Below are positions 37,681-51,282 of a DNA stretch of 64,000 nucleotides, one piece after another. Location of the stretch: NCBI RefSeq assembly GCF_963506605.1, contig NC_083280.1, positions 81,964,001 to 82,028,000 on the forward strand. Reading direction: 5' to 3'. This stretch comes from Zootoca vivipara. Taxonomy: Eukaryota. The stretch's first letter is position 1, and each line of letters opens with the position of its first letter. The notes beneath the pieces were generated by a model. It did no database searches, was not told the origin of the DNA, and saw only the letters and a program-made list of their open reading frames with translations. Position numbers and translations under genes: made by a program.

Positions 37681-40129
37681 ATTGATTATGATAATCTAAA
37701 GTTAATTAATCTATCACTTCAGCCCAAGCTAAATATCAATAAATTCCACTCTAAAACTACCTTAAGGTATTAAAAAAATAAAGAGAAATTTGTACACCAG
37801 GGATTGGGTTGCCAACCTTTTGAGGGGGAACATGGGCATATTTGCAACCTGGAGAATTGGCAGTAAAGAATATATTCTATTAGCTGCAGTGCAATGCTTT
37901 GTACAGGCTCAGAGCTATACCTGCCTACCCAACTTTCACCCCCACAGCTTCACATGTGGCTTCAAGTGTTAACCCAAGCATTAACCCTTGTTTTGTGATG
38001 TCATTGTTGCTAGGGTGCCAGTGTAGGTCACAAATGGCCTATAAGCCAACATGACATCAGCCAAGAACAGCTAGAAACCACTACTCCTTAGGTGGGTGAA
38101 GAGAAAGGCAGAGACTTAAAAATGAGAGAGAGGAGTTAACACTTCAGGAAGGGAGGGATTGTTCAGCTTGCTCGGGAAGGAAACAGAGAAGGCAGCCTAG
38201 TTCTCACTTAAGGTAGTGAACTTGTTTTTAACTTTTCCCAATTTGGACTGTAGTCTAAGCTAAATTTACCCCTCAGTAAGAACTTGGTGGAGCAATTAGG
38301 CAGAACAGCAGGTCGGACTGCAGAATGAATTAGGGGGAGGAAGTTGGGAGCATTGCTTGATCTTAAGGGCCCTGGCTGGCAACTTGTTTTTAAAAATAGG
38401 AGATATATTTTCAATTGTGCATTCAGTCAATTGAGCATGAGATAAAGGGACAGCAATATTGGCTACATTTACACTTCACTGCATGCCAAACACAGGCAAA
38501 CTTCTGGACCACCCACCCTGCAGCAAGCAGTGACACATCACATTCTGAAATGCAGGCGCTCTTCATGGCAATTCCCACAGCCACATCCCTTCTCATACAA
38601 CAAAAAGGGAAGTTTTGAGCAATGTAAAGTTTGAGCAATAAGGAAGAGCAGCAGGATTGCTGGGAAGAACTAGTCATGAAGACACGGGAACATCTGCAAA
38701 CTAGAGGCTATCCTTACCCGACGTAGCACTTTAAAGATTTTTTCTTTAGAAATCCTGTGAACCGGTAAGATAAAGGATTTTTCACCCTTTCTCCCCACTG
38801 TGTGGATACGTCATAAGAAAGATTCTAAGAACTGCTTCCATGGGGATTAATTTAGACCATTTCCACTCTGCTAAGTGTCAGCTGATCTGCTCAGCTTACG
38901 GTAGTTGGTGGGTTTCTCTCCAAGAAAGATTGGCAAATAGTGCTCAGGGACATGACATCATAAACCACACTGTGAAATTAAGTGGTGACACTCAGTCCCT
39001 GCTCTCCCACACCACTGAGTGTGAGCTGCAGCAGAGTCATTCCATCTCTCAAGTATTCATTATCTGGCATTGCCCAAGGCTTGGCTCATACAGGAGAGAG
39101 AATAGCTGAGGTATGCTAAAGAGACATTGACAATGCTTCTTGCCACTCATGCCCCAGCCCTTGATTTGGGCCTTGGAGGCTGGGGGGGGGGGATAAGTCA
39201 AATTGTTTTGAGTCTGTGTCATGACTTTCAGAGCTTCTTGGACTTGGAAGGTGCCTGCTGCCTAGTCCCCTCCCAATCGGGTTCTTTTGCTGGGAGCACG
39301 CAATCCTGCCACATTTCTGCATCAAGTATAATGAGATACTGTAATTCAATTACTCCCAGTGCCTCATATGAGATGACCATTGATTCTCCGCATATGTCAC
39401 TCCTCTGGGGTGCCTCCCCCCCCAAGATGGGCAACACATCTTGAACAGTGCAGAAGCTCCATGGGACAGGCTCTTCTGAAAGTGTGCAAAATCCACACCA
39501 TTACACACTCTAAATTCAAACATTTTTTCAGGTATGAAAATAAAGTGTGCCTCCTGTATTAATTAACATCCCCCATGGGGAAAACTATCTGCATCAGTGT
39601 TTGTGGCCAAAATGTTTAATAGATTCAAGCATCTTCTACATCAAAAGAACAATGTCAAAGAGGTTACAATGGATATAATAACTAATGACACTAATGACAA
39701 AATAAAAACAAATAAGCTACCAAAGCCAGATGGCATTCACTCCCAAAGCTTTTCCGAAGGAACTCAAATGCTGTACTAAAGTGTGGATATTGTAACACAA
39801 CAAAAATCATTAGTCTCTCTTTTTTAAAAAAAACCCAACAACCTTCAACCTTTCTCAAAAGGAGCCAAAGCACGTTTGTTGTGTTCAAAGTAATACATTT
39901 CGTAGGGATCCTGGAAACAGCATGAAATAAAGTGCGAAAGGATACAACCTAGGATACAGAAAGTTGCTGGTGGGGCTTATACCATCTTTCATTACCCCGG
40001 GGAGGAGATTTTGGGTTGGGTTCAGATATGAGAAACCAGGTACAAATCTCTACTCAGTTATGAAACTTAAGGGTAGACAGGAACAAGTCACCCTCACAAA
40101 TAGAAATTGCTAAAGTTGAAATACAGTGA

Positions 40130-40310
40130 AACACAGTATGGGGGGATATGAGGAAGTCACCCCAAAATTATTAGAAAGGATGAAAAATTGTGAAAGGTCT
40201 ATTTTCTTTTATATGCTCTTGTTTTTGTTTGTAATGTTGTGTTTTCTTTTGTTGTTGTTGTTGTGTTATTTGTTGTTTATATATTTGTTTTCATAAAATA
40301 AAAATATTTG
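40130..40310 (+). mobile_element. Probable L1-type LINE 3' end
   Basis: G-rich then GT/T-rich 3' UTR ending AAAATAAAAA. Confidence 0.4.
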
Positions 40311-40739
40311 AAGGAAATTTGAATATTTGAAGGGGAAAAAACAAATCACCCTCACAATGGAGTTCAAGGCATTGCTTCTCAGAATTAAGTCCCCATGGTA
40401 TCAATGGAGCTTGCACCCAGCTAAGTGAGTGCAGAATTGCAGCCTTCGTCCACCTGTCACGTGTGTTGAGTAGATGAAAAGAAGTAGCTTCATACAAACG
40501 GCCCCAAGTTCCATGGACAATGAATGTATAAAAATATAAGATCGTGTAAAGCTCACAGGAAATAAAAACCAAGAACTGCATGGCCTGCCACAGTGAAAAG
40601 GGCAAATTCAGTGTCAGGGATTATTACGTAACAAGCATCATAATGAATTCAATAAGTGGGTATAGTGTTGCAGCCTAAAATTGTCAAGATCTTCCCTAAA
40701 AAAGAAAACCCACAACAATTTACTTTCAGTTTAGAGATT

Positions 40740-40865
40740 TAGTCAACTCAGATGGCTTTCAAAAAGTATTAGACAGATTCGTGGAAGATAGGCCTGGCAA
40801 TAGTCATTAGCCCTGAGAATTAAATGCAACTTCTGTGTTCAGAGACAAGTGTATATCTGAATAAT
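40740..40865 (+). mobile_element. CR1 3' end fragment
   Basis: AGATGGCTTT...ATTAGACAGATTCGTGGAAGATAGG. Confidence 0.6.
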
Positions 40866-40892
40866 TGCTGCTGCTTTATAGACGGTCTTGAC

Positions 40893-41028
40893 CAGGCGTA
40901 GGCAAATTCGGCCCTCCAGATGTTTTGATACTACAATTCCCATCATCCCTGTCCACTGGTCCTGTTAGCTAGGGATGATGGGAGTTGTAGTCCCAAAACA
41001 TCTGGAGGGCTGCATTTGCCTATGCCTG
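40893..41028. mobile_element. hAT MITE, TIR variant
   Basis: TIRs CAGGC(G/A)TAGGCAAAT, same interior as 26641; TSD GTCTTGAC/GTCTTGAA. Confidence 0.9.
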
Positions 41029-43348
41029 GTCTTGAACCTTTTAGACCACAAACCTATAACTCGCGTACCTTGGACCAAAGCCTCATTGTGGGCTCCCTCA
41101 AAACATTTGACTGGCGAGTGCTGAAAACATGATGGTGAACCTTTGGTCTGATCCAGTAAAGCAATCAAAAGGATAAATGCCAGGTTTAAACAGCTTTCCA
41201 GATAAATATATTTAGGGCTTAGTTTAAGATGTTATGCCAAACCATGGTGTTTACTAACCACAATTTATTTTCCCCTATTCAATGATCCAGCTTCTAGGTT
41301 CAGATACCTCTGAATCAGAGTAGTGGTTGTAACTATGGTTTGTCAATTTAAGCAGCATAAAAATCCATAGTTAGCACAAACCCTAGTTTACTATTCTGGT
41401 TTGTCCACTGAATGAAATCGAATCATCATACTAAACTATTAAGCTCCCTTAACCTTAGCTTGACATGTTTTCTCAACTGAGCTGTTGTGACTCCTAAAAC
41501 AGTCTGAAATTTCTTGAAAAATTGACACCATCTCCTGCTTTGGAGCAAGGGTATTCCTTGGCTGCTGTGCTGATGGGGCTCTCAGAAAAGAGGAAGAGCA
41601 AGGATGGTGCTCTCCAGACAGTGGAGAAGCAGGGTCTTTGTAACTACCAATTTTAGATTGGCTACTAAGGCCAACCAAAAATTGTGGAGTCCTCATTTTA
41701 GCAATAAAGGTGGACAAAATGTAGCCGTAGAAAACCTGAATGTGACTGGAAAAGTGGAAGAAGAGGCAGCTGGTTATGTAGAGAACAAAATGAATAGCAA
41801 TCCCTTCCCCTAAACCTGCTCTTTAAGGGGGGGAAAACTACCGGTACCAGGTTTATGTGCATCTCATAATATAAGATTGGAATGACGGGGCAGCAGTCAA
41901 TACCACAAGTCTTGGGGCATTTAACCCACTCAGGCTGTAACTGGTAGGGAGGAAAAAGTGTCCACCTGTCCCAAGATCCTATCCTGCTCTGGAATTTTCT
42001 CCACCACCTCTCAATTTAAGGCACCTGCATCTTCAAAGGGGGACCATCCCCATAGTTTAAGAACCATTAGATGAAGGCACACACACACACAAAAGTGTTA
42101 CATGTAAGGAAGAATAATGAAACGTGCAACCTTGATTTTGTTACTTTCTGGGCAAGAGGTATTATATTAAAAAATCCTCACAAACAAAAAACTCAGCAGC
42201 AGCTTTGACAGTGAAATACTTTTTATCAAAATAAGAAGCCATACAAATCTTTGTACACTTATTCTTATCAGCAGAAACCAACCAGCAAGCAGCTCTTAAT
42301 CTTTAAACGTTTCTGAAATCAAGTGTCTGTTTCTGACCAAAAGCAAACTGTACTCGTCTTACATAAGTCATTAACGACATGGTAACATTATCTTTGTCAT
42401 ACATAAATTATAGTGCATCTTCAAGGTAAGACAAGCTCCTTTAATTTGATTGCTCTTATTCCATCTTTACACACATGCTAAACGTTTCCTAAAATTATCG
42501 CAAGATAAAAATGTCTGCCAACATCCATCTTTCTGAGCTTAAAAGAAACAAACAAACATTCACAATTCATTATGTTTGGCAGAACTACCACACACCCAAC
42601 CAAAATCATGTTGTCAGACCTATTTCCCAAACAGTGGATGACAGGGGTAAAAACAGGTAACAGGAGCATGTATTGGTTTCAGAGCCCAAATACCAAGCCA
42701 CTGGGAAATATTCCTGACATGACCTGGTTTATTGGAGGAAGGAGAGCAGAATTGGGACACAGGCTCAATCTCTGCTCAGGTCACCAGTTCAAGTCGATGT
42801 TGGAAAATCAGCACATGAGAACATGTGCAGAGGTTGCTGCACACTGCCTGGTCTCCAGGCGATGTTCAAGAATGAGTATAAGAGTATCAGGTAGCATATT
42901 TGTAACCCAGTCAGCGTATACATCCTCACATCTTAGGAGACATGAATTTTGCCCAGGCAGTACGGAATCTATGCATATCATTTAGGCCAAAGGAAGCTAA
43001 GCTGTGATGCTGTTGTACTCCCATGAGCCCTGCCATCATAATCAATGGTCAAGAACAATGGGAGTGTTGGTCCACCCACAGGTCAAGACGCTCCCAATCT
43101 AGGGAATGTACAAAATACATCTGATTCGTGTACATTCGTGTCCACCATCCACTAGTGCATTTAACTTCAACCTTTTCAGACCCAAGACCTACTTTTAACT
43201 CAAACATGCATGTGGGAACCCATTTCTTAATCTTTTACCATATATTTGCATGGTGGTAGTGCTCCTGTTGCGACCCACCAACTGAAGACCAGTGCATTAG
43301 TGGTTTTCCATACTGTCTGGACAATTTGGAACATTTCTTGTCCACATT

Positions 43349-43395
43349 TTAGTCTATATACTGTATTAATATTAGTCTATATACTGTATTAATAT
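43349..43395. repeat. Tandem duplication 2 x 23 bp
   Basis: TTAGTCTATATACTGTATTAATA twice. Confidence 0.9.
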
Positions 43396-44790
43396 TCCTT
43401 AATATGCCTATTTATATTTCGTTACTAAAATACTAATCAAAAAGACAAATGCATAAGGATAAATTTTGCCTGTCTCATACTACACATTATTGCCTGCTTC
43501 ATGGGAAACATTGTTTCATGCCCAGGAGGAGAAGAGAAGTATCTGCTTCTGATTTTAAACTAACCACAGAGTGTTAGTGAAAACAAGACAGAATCTGAAT
43601 ATCAGGACACCCTCTTCCATCCCATAGGTCTGTGGAGTGGATGGTGGATGGTGATCCCATGGTTTTGGAACTTCCAGTGGTTCAGATCTGTAAAACATGA
43701 GGGTTTGGGGAAGGTCCTAAAGACTTTCCATGTTTTTAGCATTTCTTGTTTTTATCTGTAAGCTGTCTTGAGTCCCATCAAGGAAAAAGGCATCATATAA
43801 AGTTGCTGTTGCTGTTGTTGTTTGAACAGCAGGAAACCATGATTTCCTGCAACAACAGAACTGAGTCTCTGTGTTTGTGCTTAACCAGTATTTTGGTACT
43901 TTTAACAATATTAATGGGATACTTCATTAATGTGCAATTATATGGTGTTTTGCAGCCGGCTTGTTTCCAAACTATGATTTGCTAAAAAATAGTTATGGTA
44001 GAGTCAGTTTTAGGATTGCAAAAATAAATCAGTGTAGGATCACTTCTTAGTCCCTACTTTATGTTAGCCTTTCAGGGAGCATTGAGTGTCATGGACAATG
44101 GAAAGACAAAATGTATACCCTTCCCATTTCAAAATGAAGACAGTGTATGAAAGACTGGTTGTGATTCCCACAAGGTGGCTAGGCTGGCAAAAGTGAGTGC
44201 TACCTGAATGCTTCCCTACTCCAGCAAAGCAGGCTTGGAGCAAACAGTAATGTCTCTGACCTTGTAACAGATATCAAGTGGGGAGGAACTGAATGCTGCC
44301 TCTGAAAGGGAGATAAGATTCCAGTGCCAAGCAGGGAGCAAATCACAGAATGGGTGGTGTGTGATTTCAGCGAGCCAGGCTATAAAGGACTGCAGAAAAG
44401 ATGTCCTCGTATGAGGACATCTGTTTTATAAATCAGCTTTCCACCAACCCCCGACATAAATGTTTAGCTGGAGGAAAATCAAATTCCTTATGCAGACAAA
44501 CTGTCAGGATTGTCAGCCATGATCAAGCATCGACCACAAGCCCTCCTCACAAAGACTGCATATCTGCAGAAAACCATACAGGTCTTCTAAAGCCCAAGAA
44601 CCTTTGCCCCATGTACCGTCACCACCCTTTCTGGTCCCGGTATAAACTTCTCCTTCCTGTGGGCAGACTTTAGCCTGATCTATGCATGCAACGGAAGTGA
44701 GGAACTATAAACCTAAGGTGATAGAGTGGACTGTGCCACTTCAGACTGCAGTGTGTTTTCTCTCTTTTTTATTGCAGCATTTTTATATTA

Positions 44791-44834
<44 letters not shown>
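44791..44834. repeat. (ATT)n microsatellite
   Basis: Perfect run. Confidence 0.97.
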
Positions 44835-44835
<1 letters not shown>

Positions 44836-45659
44836 TGCCTGTCCAGAAGAATTCCCTGAAAGCAAAATTAACAAGCTCAAATCTCCCAAGACAGCAAGGA
44901 GTACTCTAACACAGCTATCCCTCTGCTATGCTAGTCCTCCACCCCACCCCACACTTTAAAATCTTTCATTCTTAAAGTCAGCAGAGGCAGCAAACATTTA
45001 AAAGTAACAAAATCATTCTGATTCTTACTACAAAAAAGCCCAAGCTGGCCAGCACTGTGTCCATGGATTACAGCTCCTGAGGGTATCGCTGATCCTCTTC
45101 AAAGAAACCATGGAGAAAGAAAGTGAGAACTCTCTATTGTTTGTGTGTGTGGCTGCTGTGCTAGTTTCCTGCTTGGAAGAAGATACTGGAGTATTGAATA
45201 GCAACATTGCAATTATTATTTCATTTACGGCATCCACTTCCAATCTAAAGTGGCATAGTCTGTCCTACCCTGCATTCTGCTGCTTGTGTAACGGGAGCAA
45301 GGCCATTGTCAGCACAACTACACACCCACTTGCAGGCCACCAAGCTGACCACAACACCATAGTCTTGCTTGGCCTGTTCATGAAAACCTACCCCCGTTTC
45401 CCCCCTGTTCTATGAAATAGCAAAATAAGATTTATTAAGGTGTTCTGTGGGGAAGCATGCAGCTTAGTGGGGCACAAGATGTGCAGGCATGACCTACAAT
45501 CTTTCATTTGCATATTCCTATAATATCTATGCAAATTTAGGTTATTCCCATTTTACAAACTACAAACTACAGGAGGTTTTCAAATGGACCAAGCCTTCCT
45601 AGTGGTGCAGCAACAAAACCAATAGCACATATGGTTCAAATTGGATGGGGGACCCCGTG

Positions 45660-45738
45660 TTGAGATTGCTGCACTGCAGGGCATTGAACTAGATGACCCT
45701 TGAGATCCCTTACAATTGTACTATTCTATTATTCTATG
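45660..45738 (+). mobile_element. SINE/CR1-type tail
   Basis: CTGCACTGCAGGG...ACTAGATGACCC...ATTCTATTATTCTATG. Confidence 0.6.
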
Positions 45739-46208
45739 TGGACCTCATTCATATAGAATTATTATTATTATTAATTAATTTGTATACCTCCCTATACCCG
45801 CAGGTCTCAGGGCAGTTCACAAGATGGCAAACCATCCACTTCCGATCACAAACACAAGCTCAGGCTTGAATGCAAGGAGAAGAGATTAGCAACTTCTGGT
45901 GCTGGGTTGTGGCAAATCATAGTGTCCCATTTTGCCTAAACCTGACAAACTATGATGCAAGCAAAAACAGCATCAAAACATGCTTTGGGTTTCTGCTTTC
46001 TCGGCAAATTATGATTTCCCACAAATCAGCATTGGAAGCTTCTGTTCTCCTTTTGGGGAAGGAGGAGAGAAGAGCTTAGGGCACAACACCTCCAAATCTC
46101 ACAGGCTCTGAATTCACTGCTGCTCATTTGAACAGATTCAACAGCATCACTATTAGGAAGGCAAGTTTATCAGTTACTGTTAAGGAATAATGGTGAGGAG
46201 GGCATTGC

Positions 46209-46291
46209 CTGCAGAAGGGGGAATCAAACATACTGTGTTTGTGTGTGTGGCATCGGTTCCTACACAGTATGTTTGATTCCCCCTTCTGCAG
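46209..46291. repeat. Perfect 30-bp inverted repeat, 23-nt spacer
   Basis: CTGCAGAAGGGGGAATCAAACATACTGTGT (46209-46238) and its exact reverse complement (46262-46291). Confidence 0.97.
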
Positions 46292-47088
46292 TAAACAGAG
46301 CAGTCTTGGGGGCGGGGTCAAAGTTGATAAAGTGGACAAATGCAGGGAGAACTGTCTACAGTATATATTAATCATGAGAGTCAGGACACATGCAAGCACC
46401 TACACTTCTCATTCTTGTGCAAGGTAGCCAATAAGATGCCCTCCTGATGCAGGAAAGCAATTCCCATCAGCCGAAGAATGATGGGAGATGCAGCTCTAGA
46501 CATCTGGAGGATACCTCAGTGGCTATCCCTGTCCTAGGGTCTAAGAACATCAGAAGAGCACCAAATTTCTCCTGTTGGGAAAAGGACAAATTCTACTGTT
46601 TGGAGCAGGATCATTCTAGTAGTGGCACTGCAGCTGTGGAATTTCCTCCCCAGGGAAACCCACCAGGCTTTCACACACTGTACTGTTTTAGGCAGCTTGG
46701 AAAAATATTTTTGTTCACTTAGATCTTTAGTTCATGAATGCTTTTATTAGGCTATGTTTTTTTGCTATCTGGGCACCTGTATTTGTTGATTTTATATTCA
46801 TCTTCGTGTTTAACCAGTTATTGGTTTAATCTGCAAACCCTCTTAAGAAGGCACAAGTAAAAAAAATGGATTGGGGGAAAATAAACAGCTGATTAGTGTT
46901 CAGTACTGCTCTTGCAGTTACTTGGACACATGTTTTATTTATTCCGTGCTGTAAAACACTTATTTGCTTGTTGGGGTTTTTAGGGGGGGGGTACAAGACC
47001 ATATTTCAGAATCCACCCCTACTACACCCAGTGTTCCTTGCGGAAAACATTGCCTAAAGTTGTATTCACAGTTAGGAAGCATTTTTAC

Positions 47089-47197
47089 CATACAACTTAA
47101 CTCCGATCTGAAACCATTTCCCCCACTGCTTTTTTCTCCTTCACTTGATGACAGCAGTAAACAAATCTGCAGACTGAACAGTGGTCTGGTGAGCTTC
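47089..47197 (-). other. Candidate 109-nt exon (5' UTR, ends in ATG)
   Basis: TTCCTCCTGTTTGGGTTTCAG| ... TGTATG|GTAAAA. Confidence 0.35.
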
Positions 47198-47671
47198 CTG
47201 AAACCCAAACAGGAGGAACTCTCTCATGAAAAGGAGTACAGTACTGCAGCAAACTTCAAAGATTTCTCTCTGCATTCTTGGCCACTCACCTCAGGACCCC
47301 TTCATGTAACTAGAACAGCTAAAGGAAGATGTAGGGTGCTCATGCTAACTTCTAGCCATGCCATCTCATTGCCATGCCCTTTCACATACAAGAACAGCCA
47401 TGGCTTGATTTCCCTTTTTTGGCATGTCACTGGAAGGTTCACAATGCCATGCGAAAAAGCTGATCCAGCTTGTATTCAATGGCAGTTGTGTGCACACAAT
47501 TGCCTCACCACAAGCTGATGCCACTGGGAGTCAGTGTGAGTAGACAGGAAATCATTGCAGCGAGAGGATGAACCAATCATGTGAACACCATGCAGTTGTT
47601 AAGAACATGAAATCCCAAACCCAAAGCAGCTTTGGATAACCAGTACTGCCTGCATTGCTGTCTCACTATAG

Positions 47672-48032
47672 ATGGTGCTGGAGGAGACTCTTGAGAGTCC
47701 CATGGACTGCAAGAAGATCAAACCTATCCATTCTGAAGGAAATCAGCCCTGAGTGCTCACTGGAAGGACAGATCCCGAAGCTGAGGCTCCAATACTTTGG
47801 CCACCTCATGAGAAGAGAAGACTCCCTGGAAAAGACACTGATGTTGGGAAAGATTGAGGGCACAAGGAGAAGGGGACGACAGAGGACGAGATGGTTGGAC
47901 AATGTTCTCGAAGCTACAAACATGAGTTTGACCAAGCTGCAGGAGGCAGTGGAAGACAGGAGTGCCTGGCGTGCTCTGGTCCATGGGGGTCACAAAGAGT
48001 CGGACACGACTAAACAACTGAAGAACAACAAC
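47672..48032 (+). mobile_element. Bov-B LINE 3' fragment
   Basis: WCWRRLLRVPWTARRSN...; (CAA)n tail; TSD ATAGATG (47668-47674 / 48033-48039). Confidence 0.95.
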
Positions 48033-48328
48033 ATAGATGTGACTAGATACAAAGGAGACGAGAGCTCCTGTACCATTAACAACTAAGTAGAGGAGTATTT
48101 CATCAGGTGCCTCTCTCTGCCCACACCTGCATTAGAAGGCACACCTTCCCACCCCAACTTCTTTTTCATCTACTATTTCTCCATGTTCCTTGCAGCATAT
48201 ATGATGTGACCCACAAATGATCCTGCAAGGTATGTCAGGCTGAGCAATAGCAACTGGCACAAGGTGAGTTTCATGGCTGAGAAAGGAATCTGAGCCAGGT
48301 CTCCTTGGGCTGACACTAAAGTCACATC

Positions 48329-48513
48329 CACACCATACATTTAAAGCACTGTTATACCACTTTTAGCAGTCATAGAGAATCCTGGGCACTGTAGTTAGTT
48401 TAGGGTGCTACCCTCACAAAGCTACAATTCCCAGCACCTTTAACAAACTACAGTTCCTAGGATTCTCCATGAAAGTTAAAAGTGGTATAATAGTGTTTTA
48501 AATGTATGGTGTG
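48329..48513. mobile_element. Foldback MITE
   Basis: Long imperfect IR CACACCATACATTTAAAGCACTGTTATACCACTTTTA / TAAAAGTGGTATAATAGTGTTTTAAATGTATGGTGTG. Confidence 0.75.
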
Positions 48514-48641
48514 ACATAACTCTTAAAAGGGACAATAGCATCCAATCACCCAATATGGGGAGGGGGGGAGACTGGGCATTTTTCCCTTCAAAGCCAGAGC
48601 TATGACCAAATCTCATTTTAATAATCTAAAGCAAAACTCAC

Positions 48642-48757
48642 CTCTACAGATTTTCCCCAATGAAATTATCTTTGACAGTCCCAGGGAAACCATAGATTCA
48701 TATGTCAATACATTAATACAGTCATTTTCTGCTGTCCTTTGACCCATATATTTTCAC
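48642..48757 (-). other. Candidate non-coding exon (116 nt; 121 nt with the upstream AG)
   Basis: CTTTGTTTTCAGTTTAG| ... TAGAG|GTGAGT; stops in all three frames. Confidence 0.35.
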
Positions 48758-50168
48758 CTAAACTGAAAACAAAGCCAAGTACTTTTTTAGTCATTGCACT
48801 CACTCAATTCATAAATTGTATATATACATCAAAGTATATACATTTCTTTATGTGGTAAAGTTACGTCTTGCACCTCCAACTCCCAAGAGTTCCTAGGGTG
48901 CCACTCAAAACAAATGAAATGCAATCTTCCACTGGTGGGCCTTTAACAGAGATGGCAACATGTTTTATAACAGTTGTTGTTCTGCCTCTGCTCGCAAATT
49001 CTAATTAACTAAACTGTTGCAAACTTATCTTAATGAACCATTTAAGATGCCAAAAATGTATGTGGGGTGGTGGGTCCATGGAAAAGTAGCTTGGGTGTAG
49101 CAGCTACAAATACACCTAAGGAGACTTTTCAAAACCTCCTGACAACAGAGGCCCAAGCTTAGGAATAATAAAATCCAAAGAACCCATGTTTGAGACCTAT
49201 GATCTTTCTGGTCATCAACTGTCAAGAGCTCAAAACCCCAAAGGATTATAAAATCTGACAGTGGAGAATCATTCAGTAAAAATAAAGCAGGTGTGGCAAG
49301 ACCAGTAGTGCCTCATCCCATTATTGTACTGAGAGAGTGAAAGTATATATGGTACCAGGTTTGCATCAACGTAGCTATCCTGTCATTTGAAACACATACT
49401 AAAACTGCACAAGACCTTACAGTCTCACTCCACAGGGCTTCCACTGATGCAATCCCCCTCCTCCCCTCTCAGAGACTTGGAGAAGGGGGAGGTGCAAGTG
49501 GTATCACAAAAATCTTTGAGAACTCTGGCAGTGGAAGAAGCATTACATCAAGAGCAAATGTAACACACGGGGGGGGGGGGAATTCTGAGTAGAAACATAT
49601 GTAGCAGAATTTTACTACTTAGAATTCCCTAGTAACCCCTATTTGGAAGGGTGGGGGGTGGGGAGATGATCGACAGAAGACACTTGTACATATCTTGCAT
49701 TTCAGCAAGATACACAGCATTATTCATTTTGGCTTGCCCAGCGTGATCTTAAAAGTGTGCACAGGCATAAATCTTGCACAGCAACAAACTCAACACACTT
49801 TTGTTGCTTATGCAGCAACAAACTCCTTTTGGAGAAAAAATTCTTTCACAGATGCATATTGGACACACTAAGCAATACTGAGTTAATACTAAGCTCAGTA
49901 ATATTATTAAAGGTTTTTTTGTGTTGCTTTTTACAAATGTCAAGTGTTAGGGACCAAAAGCACTGCAAATCAATGGGATACTCTCCTAAGTTTCCCCATC
50001 AAGTAAGATATTAAAGTCAATTGCCCTTTTACAATGATAGCAAAATCTTCCCTTTGAGTTAAAACCATTTAAAAGACTTTCTTTCTTTATGACAGATATC
50101 CAGATCTGGCAACTACACTGTGGTTTCCACAGAACTTTGGTGTTTCTGGTGGTGTTGCTTTCTGCCAT

Positions 50169-50199
<31 letters not shown>

Positions 50200-51236
50200 T
50201 TTTGCTAGGTTTTTTTGGGGGGGGGGAGAGAAAACCTGAACAAAGACGACTTGAAAGAACCCAAGCTAATTTCTAGGTTTGAAATCAGCAAAGGATCCAG
50301 CAAAGCAAATGAAAACCGCTCTTAGTGACTTGTGGTGGCTGGAAATTGTTTTTAAAAGTTTTGGGCCCAATCTCTAAATGTAGTAATTATTACACTCATG
50401 ATAGCCCATTCCTGTTTAAGATCCCTCCCCACAAGAAGACTCAAACCTTACACAGCTTTTTTAAGTGCCCTGCACCCCCTCCCCCAATAGCCTCCATACT
50501 CTGAAAACACAGAGGAAATCAGCATCAAGCAAATGCTTGCAACCAGTCTGAAAGTCACACGTGCTCCATTGCAAGACCTTGCTTTCAATGTGTCTTTTGT
50601 TTGATGGCTGGTGTTTCAACATCCTCAATCTGAACAGAAAAAGGTCAGCCCTAGTCTTCTGGCATTCATAAACCTGAATCAGGCCCTGCCAAAGGAAGAT
50701 TGATGTTGTAGTAAATTTGCCTTGATCAAAAGCAGGGACAGTTGGAGGCAGAAACCAACTTTGCAAGATGAATCTCAATTCTCTCCTAAAGTGAGAGACA
50801 ACAATGCTTGGAAGCATGTGGTTTAGCTAGACCCTTCAACAAAACCTTTCCCTCAGTGTATGTGGATTTGGAATACAAAAAATTTACAGCAGACTTGCAA
50901 ATAGGTCTACATTTTTATTTATAAGCCAAACACACAGACCTGTGTCAATCACTTATAGCTTTAAAGGAAAGTAGGGGGAGGAGACCTTTCTCAAAACTTT
51001 CCTGCATGGTCACAGCCACATTGTTTTTATAATATAAATAAGAAGCTTCTCCTGTAGAACTTTAATTTTTTTAAAGACGCAGTAACAAATACTTCACAGC
51101 AGCCTTGCAAACATCCACTGAAGTTACCAGCTTGTCTATAAACATTCCTGCCTTAGACGTTTGTGGCCAAAGAAGAATGAGAGCCAATCTTTACAAAGCT
51201 TCCCTGTCTGATCGCTTGGAGGCATTTCTTACTCAC

Positions 51237-51282
51237 CAGAGGCATTTAGGCAAGTGGCTATTTACAAGCCTGGGTACACTAA
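51237..51282 (-). other. Candidate 46-nt exon
   Basis: TTATTTTATTTCCCCAG| ... CTCTG|GTGAGT; both sites near consensus. Confidence 0.4.

Noticed and set aside
38860-39110. Possible LF-SINE-like relic
   Set aside because: Only patchy similarity from memory; needs a Dfam nhmmer search.
46964-47518. 184-aa plus-strand ORF
   Set aside because: Non-ATG start, no recognisable domain; chance ORF.
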